Source: Camelus ferus (taxonomy: Eukaryota). From it: 64,000 nt of DNA. Location: positions 63,986,001-64,050,000 of the forward strand of contig NC_045697.1 in assembly GCF_009834535.1 (NCBI RefSeq), written 5' to 3'. Both the position numbers and the translations under genes were made by a program. Shown here one piece after another: positions 24,581 to 38,019 of the stretch. Numbering within the stretch: the first letter of the stretch is position 1; each line of letters opens with the position of its first letter. A model generated the notes under the pieces. That model did no database searches. It saw only the letters and a program-made list of their open reading frames with translations, and was not told the DNA's origin.

Positions 24581-27500
24581 CCCTATCGCCACCGTCCATC
24601 CTGTGCATGCAGCTACAATGAGAGAAATTGCTGTACAGTGAGAGAAAGGTGGGATGCAACAGTGTAATTTTTTACATAGGAATTTGTTTCAACTTTGTAA
24701 TAATAATGATTAACATATTAGAAGTGTATTACATGCAAACCTGAGTATGTGACTAATATTTAAAGTGCCAGCTCAAATGATATGAAAAATACAGGTAAAA
24801 ATTGTGATAATTAAGAGATACTGAAACAAAATAGGGTACCTATGGTGAAAGCTTTTTGCACCTTAAAAAAAAATGTATCCCTAGAAATTTCTTTGCTCTC
24901 AGAAAAAAACATGGAAATCAATCACCAAGGGTCAAGGTGGGCTCTTATTTTATATTAAAGTTCCAGAGTTTCACAGAAATAAAACTAAACGATTTTCTTT
25001 CTGAGATAAATTGTAAGTCTGCAAATCAAGAGAATGTTTGGACTTGACAAAGATCTTGGGGTGTTTTTTTCCGTTACTAGGAAGATATTTAGCGTAGTCT
25101 TTTAAATGAATACACAATAATCGTTTAGACTGCATTTAAGTAAATGGTAAAAAAGAAAATGGATATTATTCTTGATATTTAATCTCAAATCTAGCATAAC
25201 CTAAATGCATTTTTCAAATGACTGAAATGTGAGAATGCAGTGAATGATCTATAATCTGTTCCATGTTTCAATGAATTGTGACAATAAAAAATGCCTTCAG
25301 GATTTACTTTGGAGGTTTCATCAGGATTAACATAATAAAAACACAGGGAAAGGATTAGAAGAATCATTTTAGGAAGGGTATTAAATTCAATATTTATAGG
25401 ACTGAAAATGAAAGACAATAAATAGATACTGCAAAAAGAAATTACAGTATACCCTGTTAAAAAGACAAACAATATATTGTCAAGGTAAGAGTAGAAAAAA
25501 AGGGTGGAATATATTGTTAGAAATATACACATCATTGCCTTTTGTTCTGTTTACTCTTAAGGTATAATTAAGGATTATAAACCTTTTTGGGAAAATATAA
25601 AATTTAGAATGGAAGTTGAGAAGAACTGTCATCCAAATGACTCAACACTCACATTAAAGATTGTTATAAAGAAAATATCCATTAGTTTTTCTCTAGCCCT
25701 TAGGATTAAATATTTGACTGTATCAACTATTTTCCAAAATTTCTTAAATCTTTGTCAGTGGCAGGATATAATGGGAGTTTAATTAGAAGTACTATTAGAT
25801 TGAATGAGTGTGTTGGATTTATCTTAGACAGTGTTGCTATATTACTGTCCACTCTTCATATAAAAGTCCTTTTTTTAAATACTTATTGAGCAGAATTAAA
25901 TTACACTGAGCTGGTGGATTATACATGCAAGGGATCACAACTAAAGGCTAGATGTCATGGAAAAACCATAAACATGTTTTTAATAAATATGAAAGTATGA
26001 CAAATGTGACTCTGCAGGAGTGATTACTATTAAACATTGAGGCTAGAATGATACATCATTTATTTTTAGAAAAAAGAGGGTATATTTTACAGAGTTAAGA
26101 GAATTGTATCTATGTGGATCTTTATTAAATATGTTTTGAACTGTGGGAGTACGAGGTATTAATTGTTTCTCCTATTTTTATCTTCTTCTACCTATAGACT
26201 GTTTTCCAAAAAAAAAAAAAATCTGAAATTTCCTAAATTGACAATGGAATAAAAGCATAATAGGAGCTATAGGTCTTACCCCAGATAAGAAGTCTTACAT
26301 TAGCCACTAATGATGTTTCTACCTTAATAGTAATACTGGCTTTTAATTCACAAAGAACAAAAAAGCATTTGTAGATGAACAATTTTATAGAGGTTTCATA
26401 ATACCATCACTTAACCCCATCTGGTTTTATTAAATAATACTGGATAATAATTTTGTCTTATTCACACCATTAAAATCATCTTTAAGGAAAAATTGCAAAG
26501 CTATTATCATATTTTTATTTTACTCACCAATTTTTATTTCAATATCAATGTTTATGTTCCCTGACTATTACCTGCATATAACTATTTAGCAAACATATAT
26601 AAATTAAAATGTGACTAAGTATGAATATATTTCAGAACTGTTTAACAGTCAGAAGTATCATGGTGACAAGAAGCCAGGTGACCAGAGTAATGAGCTAAAT
26701 GAATAAATTATTAACAGGCCCATCTGATTTTTAGCATTTATTTTCTTTGTTCCCTTGATGTATTCCTAATTCCTCTTAATCATTATATTCTTAAATAAAT
26801 GGTTATTATACTTACTGATTTTAAACAGAAGGAAAACCAGTATCCCTTTTTGTAACATTTTTTATATCCTTTATTGAGATCTAATTCCCATACCATAAAC
26901 TTCACCTTTTTAAAATACACAGTTTAATGGTTTTCAGTATATTCATAGAGTTGAGCAGCCATCATAGCTGCCAAATTTGGAATGTTTTCAGTGCCCTACT
27001 TCTTGTCCCATTAGCAGGCACTTCCCATTCACTACTCTCCCAGGGTTATTTTGGCTATTGAGTCCTTTGCCTTTCAGTGTCATTCTTAATAACAATTTGA
27101 CAATTTCTGTAAACAAACAAGGCAATTTGAATATTTATAGGGATTATACTGAATCTTTAAATTGTTCTCTTAATTTTATTTTTAGATTGTTCATTGCTAG
27201 CATTCAGAAATACAATTTATTGTTTGTGTATTGATCTTGTATCCTGCAACATATCTAAACTGGTTTATTTAGTTCTAATAATCCTTCAGCTAATTTCTTA
27301 GGATTTTCTATGTGTAAGACTATGTTATCTGTCAATAGAGATAGTCTTTTTTTTTTAAATTTTTTAGTTTTTTTAACAGTCTGGAAACTTACTTTTCTTT
27401 CTTGTCCAATTTCCCTGTCTAGAAACTCCAGTATAGTAATGAATAGAAGTAGTGAAAATAGACATCCTAGTTTTCTTCCTGATCTTAGGTGGTAGCATTC

Positions 27501-29147
27501 ATTCTTCCACCATTAAGTATGCTGTTTAGCTGGGGTATTCATACATGCCCTTTATCTATGAAAGTTGAGGAAGTTTCCTTCTATTTATACTGCCTTGAGT
27601 GCTTCTATCATGAAAAGTTATCAAAATTAAATAGTTTTTCTGCATCTATTCAGATGATCGTATGGGTTTTCTCCTTTATTAATATGGTATATTACATTAA
27701 TTGAATTTTGTTTGTTAGAGCACTTTTACATTCTGGGATAAATCATACTTGGTCATGATGTATAGTTGTTTTTATATGTTGCTAGATTTGATTTGTTAGT
27801 ACTTTACAATTTTAGCATCTGTGTTCATAAAGGCTGTTAGACTAGTTTTCTTCAAAGTCTTTTTCTAGTTTTGTTATCAGGGTAACATTGGCCTTATAGA
27901 ATTTCTGTAGAAGTATTCACTCCTGTTCTATTTTATGGAAGAGTTTGTGAAAAATTAGTATTTATTCTTCTTAGAATACTTGATAGAATTCACCAGTGAA
28001 ACCATCTCGGGGTTTTGATGGAGGGTTTTTTTTTTTTTAACTTGTTTAATCTATTCAGATTTTTAGTTTCTTCAGTCAGTTTTGGTAGTTTGTGTCTTTT
28101 GAGGAATTTGTCCATCTAGATTATATAAATTTTGTCATACAGCTGTTCATAGTATTCTATAATTTTTTTTATTTCTGTAAGATTTGTGCTGATGTACTTT
28201 TTTAATATGTAATTTTATAATTTGAGAATTTTTTTCTGTGGTCAGTCTAGCTAAAGTTTCAACAATTTTGTTAATCTTTTTGAAAAACCAACTTTCAGAT
28301 TTGTTTTTTACTTTTGCTTTTCTATTTTCTCTTTTATTTATTTCCATTCTAATCTTTTGTTATTTCCTTCCTTTTGCTGACCTTGAGTTTAGTTGTATCT
28401 TCTTTTTTTAGCTTCTTAAGGTGAATGGTTAAGCATTGCTCTGTGACATTTTTCCCTTTTTCAGTATGGCAGTTATAGCTACAAGTTTCTTTGTAAGCAC
28501 TGTTTTAGCTGTATCCCATAAATTTTGGTGTGTGTGTTTTCATTTATATTTATCTCACACGGTTTTCTAATTTCCCATGTGATTTCCTCCTGACTCACTG
28601 GTTATTTTGTAATGTATTGTTTAATTTCCACATATTTGTAAATTTCCCAAATTTCCTCTTGTTACTGATTTTTAATTCTGTTCTGGTTGAAGAACATATT
28701 TTGTATGATTTCAATAATTATAAATTTATTGAGGCATATTTTATGGCCTAACACAAGGTCCAGAGAAGACTTTGTGCACTTAAGAAATCTGTGTATTCTG
28801 CTGTTGGTGGTGAAGTGTTCTGTAATTGTCTGTTAAGTCTTATTCATATGTAGTGTTGTTCACTTCTTCCATATCCTTGTTCACTTCCTACTTGGTTGTT
28901 CTATTCATTATTTAAAGTGAAGTCAACAACTGTTACTGTTAAATTGTTAGTTTTCCCCTCAATTCTGTTGGTTTTTGCTTGATGGGACTCTATTGTGAGA
29001 TGCATATATAATGTTTTCTTGATGGATCTACACTTTTACCTTTTAAAATGCTCTCCTTCATATCTAATAACAATTTTTGTTTTAAAGTCTATTTGAGCTG
29101 ATATTTATATAGCCATTTCGGCTTTCTTTTGCTTGCTGTTTGGATAG

Positions 29148-29202
29148 TGTATTTGTCAGTTTTCTCCAGAGAAACAGAACTGAGAACTGTCAGAGTTAAT
29201 AG

Positions 29203-29249
<47 letters not shown>

Positions 29250-29676
29250 ATGAATTCGATTACACAATTATAGAGGCTGGCAGATCCCTGCAGAGTGATT
29301 TGGTTGGCAAGCTGGAGACCCAGGAGAGTAGATGATTTAGTTCCTGTCAGAACTAAAGGCCTAAGAACCAGGAGAGCTCTTAGTATATGTCCAGTTTAAA
29401 GGCCAGGTGCTTCAGTTTGAGTCTAAAGGCAGAAAGAAAAGCTTATGTCCCATTTCATAGGCCATCAGGCAATCAGCCTTATTGCTCTATTCTGGACTTC
29501 GACTCATTGAATGAAACCCATTCACCCTAAGGAGGGCAATCTGCTTTACTCGGTATTCTGATTTAAATTTCATTCTCATTCAAAATACCTTCACTGAAAC
29601 ACTCAGTGTAATTTTAGACCGCATATCTGAGTATCACATGGCCTAGTCAAGTTGACACAGAAAATTAACTATCCCA
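29148..29676 (-). mobile_element. MLT2B-like ERVL solo LTR with internal (TA)n
   Basis: tgtatt...ttctccagagaaacagaac...ggcaagctggagacccaggaga...ggagggcaatctgctttactc...agtcaagttgacaca...aattaactatccca. Confidence 0.9.
29205..29246. repeat. (TA)21 microsatellite within MLT2
   Basis: Perfect TA run at the position where MLT2 LTRs typically carry a simple repeat. Confidence 0.95.
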
Positions 29677-31879
29677 CGAGGCATTTTTTTTTTCATTCGT
29701 TTGCAAACTATATGTGTTTTTTTATCTAATATGGGTCTCTTACAGACAGCATGTAGTTAGATCCTGGTTTGTTTGTTTCTTTAAAACCATTTTGCCTATC
29801 TCTGCCTCTTGATTAATGTGTTTAGCCAATTTACATTCAAAGAATTTAATGGTAAGGTAAGAGTTATATCTTCCATTTGATACATATTTCTCTATGTCTT
29901 ATATCTTTTTTGTTCTTCTAATCAGTGATTGCCTTCTTTATGATAGATATTTTCTGGTGTACTATTTTATTTCTCTTGATTTTTTTTACTATATATATTT
30001 TTGAGATATATTCTTAGTGATTGCCCTGGTGATTACAATTAACATCGTCACTTAATCTTGTTTGAATTGATATCAACTTTATTTCACAAAACTTTGTTCC
30101 ACTATATCTCTGTCTTCCACTCTGAAGTGCTCTTATTGTCATACAGGTTATATCTTCATATATCACAATCCATCAACATGGTTTTATAATAATTGCTTTT
30201 TGCAGCTGTCTTTTATATTTGCTATGAGAAGAAAATACTTAAAACAAAATTCATTTTACTATGTTTGTCATTTACCTATGCACTTCACTGGTACTTTTTG
30301 TTTGTTCACGTGGATTCAATTACTGTCTGGTATCTGTTCATTTCCTCATGAGGGATTCCCTTTAGTACTTCTTGTAAGGCAGGTCTAGTAGCGTAGCAAA
30401 AAATCCCTTCAGTTTTTTCTTTCTTTTTTTACTCTCAAATTTCTTAATTAGCACTTTACTTTTCCACTGCCCTTTTGTCTATAAGAATCCTATATAACTA
30501 TTTTATGAAGTTCCGACAACTGTAAAATACCAGTTGGAAAGTGCTGCTCTAGGTCAATATTAAATGTGAAATGTTCCACAGGTTAGAATGACAAAAGTCA
30601 TCTAATTAAAGTCAGTGACCATATTGAATAAAAGGAAATCTAGAACTAGAAAAATTTTTATATTTTACAAAAAGATTTTACATTATCTTTAAGAACTTCC
30701 CTGAGAGAAAATAGGACATGTGTATCAGTAGTAGATTAAGTATTAAAAGTACTGAAAGTTATATAACTTTTCCTGTTATTCAATTGGTAATTTATTACTT
30801 CAATTTCACTTCAAAGTCAGATGACTCTTAAATTGTGAGATGCTTCCACTATATTGAAAGACATCATTTTAGAAATTCTAAGTATGTCTGAGAGGTTTCT
30901 TAATTTTGTAACTTTGTTGATGACAGTCGTTATGAGATCTCTTTTTTTTGGAGGAGTATTTTCAGTTACTATTCGTCTCGATTTGATAAATATTTTAAAT
31001 TGATTCTAAGTAAAAATAAATGAGGAAATTTCCATCATTTTTTAAAAAGGACAACAGATACACATAGTTTGGAACGATAAATATACAATTCTGCTTAAAT
31101 GAGATACAGTTACAAGATGGTATAGCTAACTCCAAGCATTTACTGAACACCTGTCAAATTCTTGGAGATTTTTTTCCCCAGTTTTCAGTGAGTAGAAGTC
31201 TGGTTGTTGTCTCAATTTGACATTAATTGGTGGTAATTTGCTGGTAATAACCGAGTGATTGTGCCTAGCAGAGAGAGAATAAAAGAAGGCAACATAAGCA
31301 ATAGCTGCTCTTAGAGCCTGAGAATGAGCAGATCCCAGGAGGAAACAAGTAGTTTGCTACAGCTGTGAGCCCAGAGGGGTTATATATCAGGGAACAGTTA
31401 TCCCACTTGAGTTCTATCACTTACCAAAAGGTATGAAAAAATAACAAGGTAAGGCAGGTTCTTAGACAAAATGTGTGATTATGTTGTCTTCCTACCAGGG
31501 ATGAGAAAGAGCAGTGTTCTTATCACATACAAATAGTCACAGGGTCTCCAGAGCTCTTCTCCTGCTGATCAGGGAGCTTGAAGAGTTTCTTGACAGAATA
31601 CATGAATTATTTTTATTAGAAAATAACTAACTCTGAATATGATCTGTCCCTTACCTAATGCTTTCTTGTTTGTACATAAGCAGCCTCAATCTATCGACTT
31701 CCATTCTGATCACCCTTCTCTAGAGATCATGTACTCTCGGTTAGGAGATGTCCCATTCTCTCTCCAACTACAGAAAAAACAGTCCCCACTATAAAGTCAC
31801 TAGGCCAGCACTGAGACGAGACAGCCCCCACCCTAATCTCCTCAAAAGAAGTAATGTACATAACAGAGCTAAATATAGT

Positions 31880-32670
31880 AAGAGTGCAGAAGAAGGAAGC
31901 AATGGATTAATCTTGGGAGGACCAGTAGTAATGTGTTGAGCTGATCTTGATAAGATGAGTAGGATGTGGCCAGAAGAATGAAGAGAAATGGCATTTTAGG
32001 AAGTTGGACTTGTTTGAATAAAGTCTTCTAGGTCTTGAAATGCACAGCATTTAAGAACAATCAATCCACAATACACAATAAAACAATATTGTATATATGC
32101 CAAGGAGAGCTTGCTCTGAGATCAAGGTGAAAATATAGATAATTGTTGGAATCTGAAGTGTCTTGAATGCTAAGCTAAAGAAAAGGTGTTTTTTTGTTTG
32201 TTTGTTTTTGTTTTTTTAATCAGCAATAGAAGCCTCTAAAAGTGGTTGAGCGTCATTAATATGTTGAGATCTGTTTGGGGGCAAAACAATTTTGGTACTA
32301 ATGCAGAATATAGTATTTGAAAGAAAGATACCAATAGAGACCATTGTGACAGCCAAATAAGAGAGGAAATGAAAGTATCTTGAGCAATGAGATGGCAGTA
32401 GAAAGAGAGGAGGAAATAGAATATTTTAGAATCAATAAGATGTGGTTTTGGATAATGGAGAAGAGGTTTAACAGTGACACAATTTTCTATATTTAACAAA
32501 TGGTTCATACTTTCTTCTGAGACAGAACATTAAAGAACTGGAATATGTTTTGGAGGATATGATTAAAAATAATTTGGTATATTTAGTATGGGGTATGTAA
32601 GGGATTGGTAAAGGCAAATGGAAATTCATGTCTGAGGCTAATATAGGAGAGAGGTATTTAGAGGTATTGA
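31880..32670 (-). mobile_element. L2 fragment
   Basis: ttgagctgatcttgataagatgagtagga, tcttgaatgctaagctaaaga, cagcaatagaagcctctaaaag and gagaggtatttagaggta are antisense L2 motifs. Confidence 0.65.
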
Positions 32671-33569
32671 TCTGGGCCTGTCCAAGGGGATTCTTGTTTC
32701 CACAGTACAGAATCAATGTATTATACAAGAGTAATATATTTATTATATTTTCTTATAATGCATTTTTCTACAGTAGTTGCTTCCTTAATATCTAAATTAT
32801 CAACCAATCATAATTAAGGAAGTGCTAGAGTACATAATTTCAAGTACAGTTTTGATATTCCTTTTAAAAATAGATCACCTTTATGGCAATTTTATTTTTT
32901 AGGCTGATGAAGTTGAAAATCGGCTTCACTTTATTAAGTATCATTGAAAAGATGACTCTTTTTAACTTGTTACCAATTACAATTATATTGGATTAGCCTA
33001 AACTGTCTTTAGTAAGTAAGCATTGTGGTTGAAAATGAACATCAACATTCTTATTTTTACTAATACAGGTCTCTTTGAAAAAGAGATTTGCTAATCATTT
33101 ACCTTTTCAAATAATGCACTATTTGTTTGCATGATAAAACTTATTAGCTGTGTATAGATAACCTTACGTGCTTATAGATATGCTTATATTAGCTACTAAT
33201 CTTCTACTTGAACACTTCCCAAATTCAGCATTTTGGATCCACTCATAACAGTGTAAGTCTAGATGTTATTTGTGTGAAATAGAGTATGGGAGACTGGATG
33301 TATATCCCCACAATCATTTTGGAATAAAGTCATTTTTAGCTTTATTCTAAATTACAGTTTTTTTTTCCAGGAAATTCTTTATTCATTGTATTTAAAAAGA
33401 GCCCTCAAGTACAAAATGCTCCCCACTGTCAATTCTATTCAGTAACCTTTGATTTTTTTAAACATATTGCCAGAGTACCCCTTCAAAAACTTGTGAAGGA
33501 AAAAACATTTATCTTTGGAAGCCCCTTCATCTGACTTTTGGTGTGCAATCCTCTTCTAATTCCCAGTGA

Positions 33570-33785
33570 TTGCCCAGTGTCCTTATAGTGATGCCCATTT
33601 AATACATCTTATTCTTAGCTCCACTCTCCCATAAAATACGTATTTGTTCTTTATTTCCCATTTCCTCAGGACCGTATGCTGGGTTAAAGTGGTTCTCTCA
33701 ATGACATCTCTAGACCCATCAGAATAATTAGCACATATCAGGCACAATATGGTTTTTGTTGAATGAAGAAGTGAAATAATGAATA
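33570..33785 (+). mobile_element. L2 3' end remnant
   Basis: tagcacatatcaggcacaatatggtttttgttgaatgaagaagtgaaataatgaat. Confidence 0.45.
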
Positions 33786-36474
33786 TTAGATGTAAAAGAT
33801 CAGTCCTTTCTCCCTGAACATCCCTTACTGTGTAAGATCTGCTCTATCTTCAATGATGTTTACTCTGCTCAGGATTGGGAAAATGCCTATGAGAAATAAC
33901 ACAATGTAAATAAGCACATTATTGATAGACTTAGAGTGGAGAAAATAGCTGGGTATAAAACACTACACACATTTCAGGACTTCTGGGACCCAAAGAGGAA
34001 AACTACATCAGATCTGAAACCTTTGATTAATAGAATTAACTGGGAGGGCCAATTCAAAATGAGGGGAAAAAATTTAATTCTAAAGTGAAAATATTGCTAC
34101 TAATTAAAATATGACCAGTTTTCTTTCTCAAAGCTTCACTGATATCACTGATTTTCATCAAATTACTATCTTACTCTGGGCAGTGAGTTCTGTTTAACTA
34201 CTTGGCATATGTAGAAGTTAAACTAGTGTGTAAAGGAAAATTCTGAATGGGCCATTTAAATAGTTAAATTACCATAGACTTTAATTTTTTAAGCTAGAGA
34301 CTTCTAGAAAGGGTCTTTTTGATGTGTCATTTTTTATAAAACAAAAGCGACAACATTTTGATGTGTACTCCTGTCTGTCTTAGGGATAGTATTGGTTCCA
34401 TCAAGACCCATGCAGGACAAGAATTCCAAATTAAACATTGATCCTAAAAAAATCAGTTGTAGTTTTCTTAATTATATTTTGATGATTTGAATTCAATAGA
34501 AATATTTTAAGTGGTTTGCTTTCACATGTTTAAATTATTTATTACTTACTCACTTTTCTTTTACTATCTCTACCTTATTTATTGTAACAGCTTGGGAATC
34601 ATGTAGAAACTATCAGAAAGCATGGTCAGTCTTTAATGTAGAAAAATCAGGTAGCTTTCTTTTTTCTTTTTACGTGTAGCTGAGAGTATCTGTCATAGTA
34701 AGCTACTAAGTAGCTCATTAGATTGAGTAGCTGACAGAGATCTAAACTATTTTTCCCCCTAGTCAGGAAGTATTTCTTTGATTTCTTTTGACCAGCTAAG
34801 AAAAGTTAATAGATTTTTTGTCTGCAGCCATTCATTTCTTAATTGCATCTCTGATAGATGTTCTGATCATTAGTATTGACAGAACAGGTTGCAGATATTT
34901 ACTAGAATTCACATGAGAGGGTCAACCCAGGGAATTTATTTACTTTCTGAATGCATATTACAGTTCTTCTCTGAAGCAGTTTCATGTCCCAGGAGTGTTT
35001 CCATATCTGCCGAATACTGCAATTAGTCAGAAATGAAAGATATCTGAAGAAGTAAATGTCTTTAAAAAAAAAAAAAACTATGGAGATAACATACTTGAAT
35101 ATTATTCTTAATCCAAATAAATAACTGAATCAATTTATCTCACAAATGGTAATGAAGAAAGAAAAATAAATAAAAGTGCCTCAAGTCTCACAAAAGGGGC
35201 ATGTTCCTTTATTAAAAGCACATATTAAATTATATACAAATAATAATGAAATGTTAGCCCATGGCTACCAGACACTTAATATTTTTCAATTTATAATAAT
35301 TAAGTTATATTTATATAATGTATAAATGTTATGATTAATTTTAAAATATTATTTGAAAATGAAGTAACTTTTAGCTTTAGCCGAATAAATTAGGCATAAT
35401 TTAAGATTTTACAGATAATAGATCAAAAGTCAATCCCAATCTGCTATTTTATTAGAAGCAACAAAACAGTAACAATGAATAAATAAACCATTTGTCAGTC
35501 TTGTGAGGGCTCCTTTGATGGTATTTGTGTTCTTCGCTTTTGTCATGTATGTAGGGACAATTAGTTATTATTTATATAATTTAGTCAACATATATCAGAA
35601 ACGTGAATGATTCCACCCCATTTCTCTTTTATAATAGGAATTATTTGAGACCACTTATTACAGAATTATTTCAACTTTTCACCTAATTTTAGTGACAGAA
35701 GGTTTAAAATATGAATACTTTAATGTGGATGAGTTAAGCAAATTCCTTCCAATTTGACAGTAACTAGCATTTCAGCCTCTGCAGTATAAAACAAGTCATA
35801 CTTTTGCATATGATTATAGAATCTCAGATACTCTAGAAGGAGTTTTAGAGTGTGTTTTATCCAACCTTGAGAGATACGTTGGGAGTTTCTTCTATAACCT
35901 CTCCCATGGGGATAGGGATGGAGTGGAGAGGTTGATTTAGGTAGTTGAAAAAGAAGGGCAAGAAAGGTGAATGAGAATAGGTTTAGAAGACAAATAGCTC
36001 TTCCTCCCAATTTTGTTGAAGGCTGGCTGTGATTATTGGTATAAACCAAGATAAGTCAAATAATCAAATCTAAAAATTGCAGTGACTTTAGAATTTATTG
36101 CTGGGCACTTGAATTGAAAGGCCCTTTGTTTGCTTTAATGCAGTTGAGTTCTGAATGTATATCAGAGAAACCATCACATGTGATGAAACCATCACATGCT
36201 TCTTTGTAAGCCTGTTGCCCCTACATTTCATCATTAGTAATTTTTAGGTGACTAAGAAAATATGAGTTAATAAAAATTACTCATATGATTTTCATTTATA
36301 CCATGATTGTTTTTATTGTAGCATTAGAATATTAGAAGGGTTCTCAGTGAGATATATAGCTTATTTCTCTGCTTCTTGCAGGGAATATGCCTAAACCAAG
36401 CTGGAAAAATAATTACACATAGATCTTATGTGAATCATTTGCATCTGGAAACACTGTTTCATATAAAGAGTAAC

Positions 36475-37250
36475 TTCCTTAAGAATCTCCAGTGACTGTA
36501 TGTTACCTTCAGGATTAAAACCAAATTTAGTGAGCTGATACTCTATTCAGGCAGCCACAATCTATATCTAGTCACCTTTTCAAAACCTATATAAATTTGA
36601 AATACATTTTCATGAGCCACTACTTTGCCTATTCATACTTCTTCTAAATAGGTATATTCATGGTCCCATAAATCTGCTACTCGCATTTCTGACTCCATTA
36701 TTATGCTTACCTGATTCCTTTATTTGAATTCCTTCTGTTCTCTTCTTTCCCTGTCTAAATTATAATAGTTTTACAGATCCATCTAAATTTTGCTTAGACT
36801 CTTCCTGGCAGTATTTGTTGCACAGAAATTCAAATTCAGCTTATGTGGTTGTGAAACCCCACTGTGGCATTTACCAGCTTTGTGTCCGTGGGAAATTCAC
36901 GGAAAATCTCTGTATTCTATATTTATTTATCATAATTGGAGATAGTAGTAGTAATACCACATGCGGCCACTGTGAGGATGAAATTAACTAATATGAAAAT
37001 GTAAACATGCTGCAAGTGTTGCTCTTGCTACTGTTACTAATGTAATTATTAGGCTATTTGGAACATACTATTGCCTTATACTATTTCTTAGTTATAATTT
37101 AAACTTTTATATGTGAATGTCATATCTTTTCAACTAGATTTTTAGCATCCTGAAGGCTAAATAAAATACATGCAATATTTCTTTGACATCCTGAATTGCT
37201 TTACACACTGCATAGTAGGAGTTCAATAAAAATTTGCTCAATCAAGTGAA
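36475..37250 (+). mobile_element. L2 3' part with nested MIR (~36830-37050, +)
   Basis: L2 end caactagatttttagcatcctgaaggc...gcatagtaggagttcaataaaaatttgctcaatcaagtgaa. MIR catttaccagctttgtgtccgtgggaaattcac...tgtgaggatgaaatt. Confidence 0.7.
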
Positions 37251-37615
37251 ATTACAAATGAAAGACCAAGCAAAGGAATGAACATCCTTGTATTCCCATT
37301 TGTCCATATGGATGAATTTTCTTTTCCTAAATCACTTTTTCTTCAGATATGGTCTTTTATAATGAAGTTATTTTATAAATTTTATGTATTTCATAATAAA
37401 ATTACTGCAGATGGTTTTCCTTTATGTCACATCTATAAATATAAAGCAAAGGGTAAATATTTCTTAAATATCATCAAATAGAGGGTTTTAAAAGCATTAA
37501 CAGATAATTTTTAAACCCTCACAATGCACGAATGTTAACAGTTAACTTATGACTAAAATAATTTCTATCTGGAACAAGAAAAATGTAGTTATGGTATAGT
37601 GTGTGTTGAGTAGGA

Positions 37616-37640
37616 ATTTATTTATTTATTTATTTATTTA
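37616..37640. repeat. (ATTT)n microsatellite
   Basis: atttatttatttatttatttattta. Confidence 0.85.
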
Positions 37641-38019
37641 TAATAATGCAAGCTCTGAATATTGATTTAACTAACTTATGATATCAACAAAATATGATAT
37701 TTGGCTAAATGCATACCAATTTAACAAAAAAATTAATCTTTAGGACTATGTTAAGATTTTTCTCTAAGGTATTAATACTGGTGAACAGGCAGGTATAGAG
37801 CCAGATGTGCTAAAAGAACTAGGGTTGTGGTGGAGACTGGGAAAAAGGAGGTAAGGAGGATGAAACAAAATTTCACAAAATTTAAAATAAAAACAACAAG
37901 AATAACAAAATCTGCACACTGGGCAGCATCTGCACTCTGCTCAGTGGTATTATTAGCAGTTGGTACCTTTTGGTTATGAGCATTGCTTCCTGCCTTTGGG
38001 TACTGTATCTCTCCTTCTA

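Larger units (their letters stand above)
26858..30440 (-). mobile_element. L1MB-like element: 3' terminus joined to ORF2 (internal deletion near 27042), extending to ORF1 end, interrupted by MLT2
   Basis: tttattgagatctaattcccataccataaacttcacc is an L1MB 3' end. ORF 28147..28347(-) KSESWFFKKINKI...LARL is L1 ORF2p. Confidence 0.9.

Noticed and set aside
30450..30552. Possible hAT/MER terminal fragment (ccagttggaaagtgctgctctag)
   Set aside because: Too short and degenerate to assign without a search.
32890..32947. Possible + strand acceptor with ADEVENRLHFIKYH*
   Set aside because: Early stop, no convincing donor and no recognisable protein.
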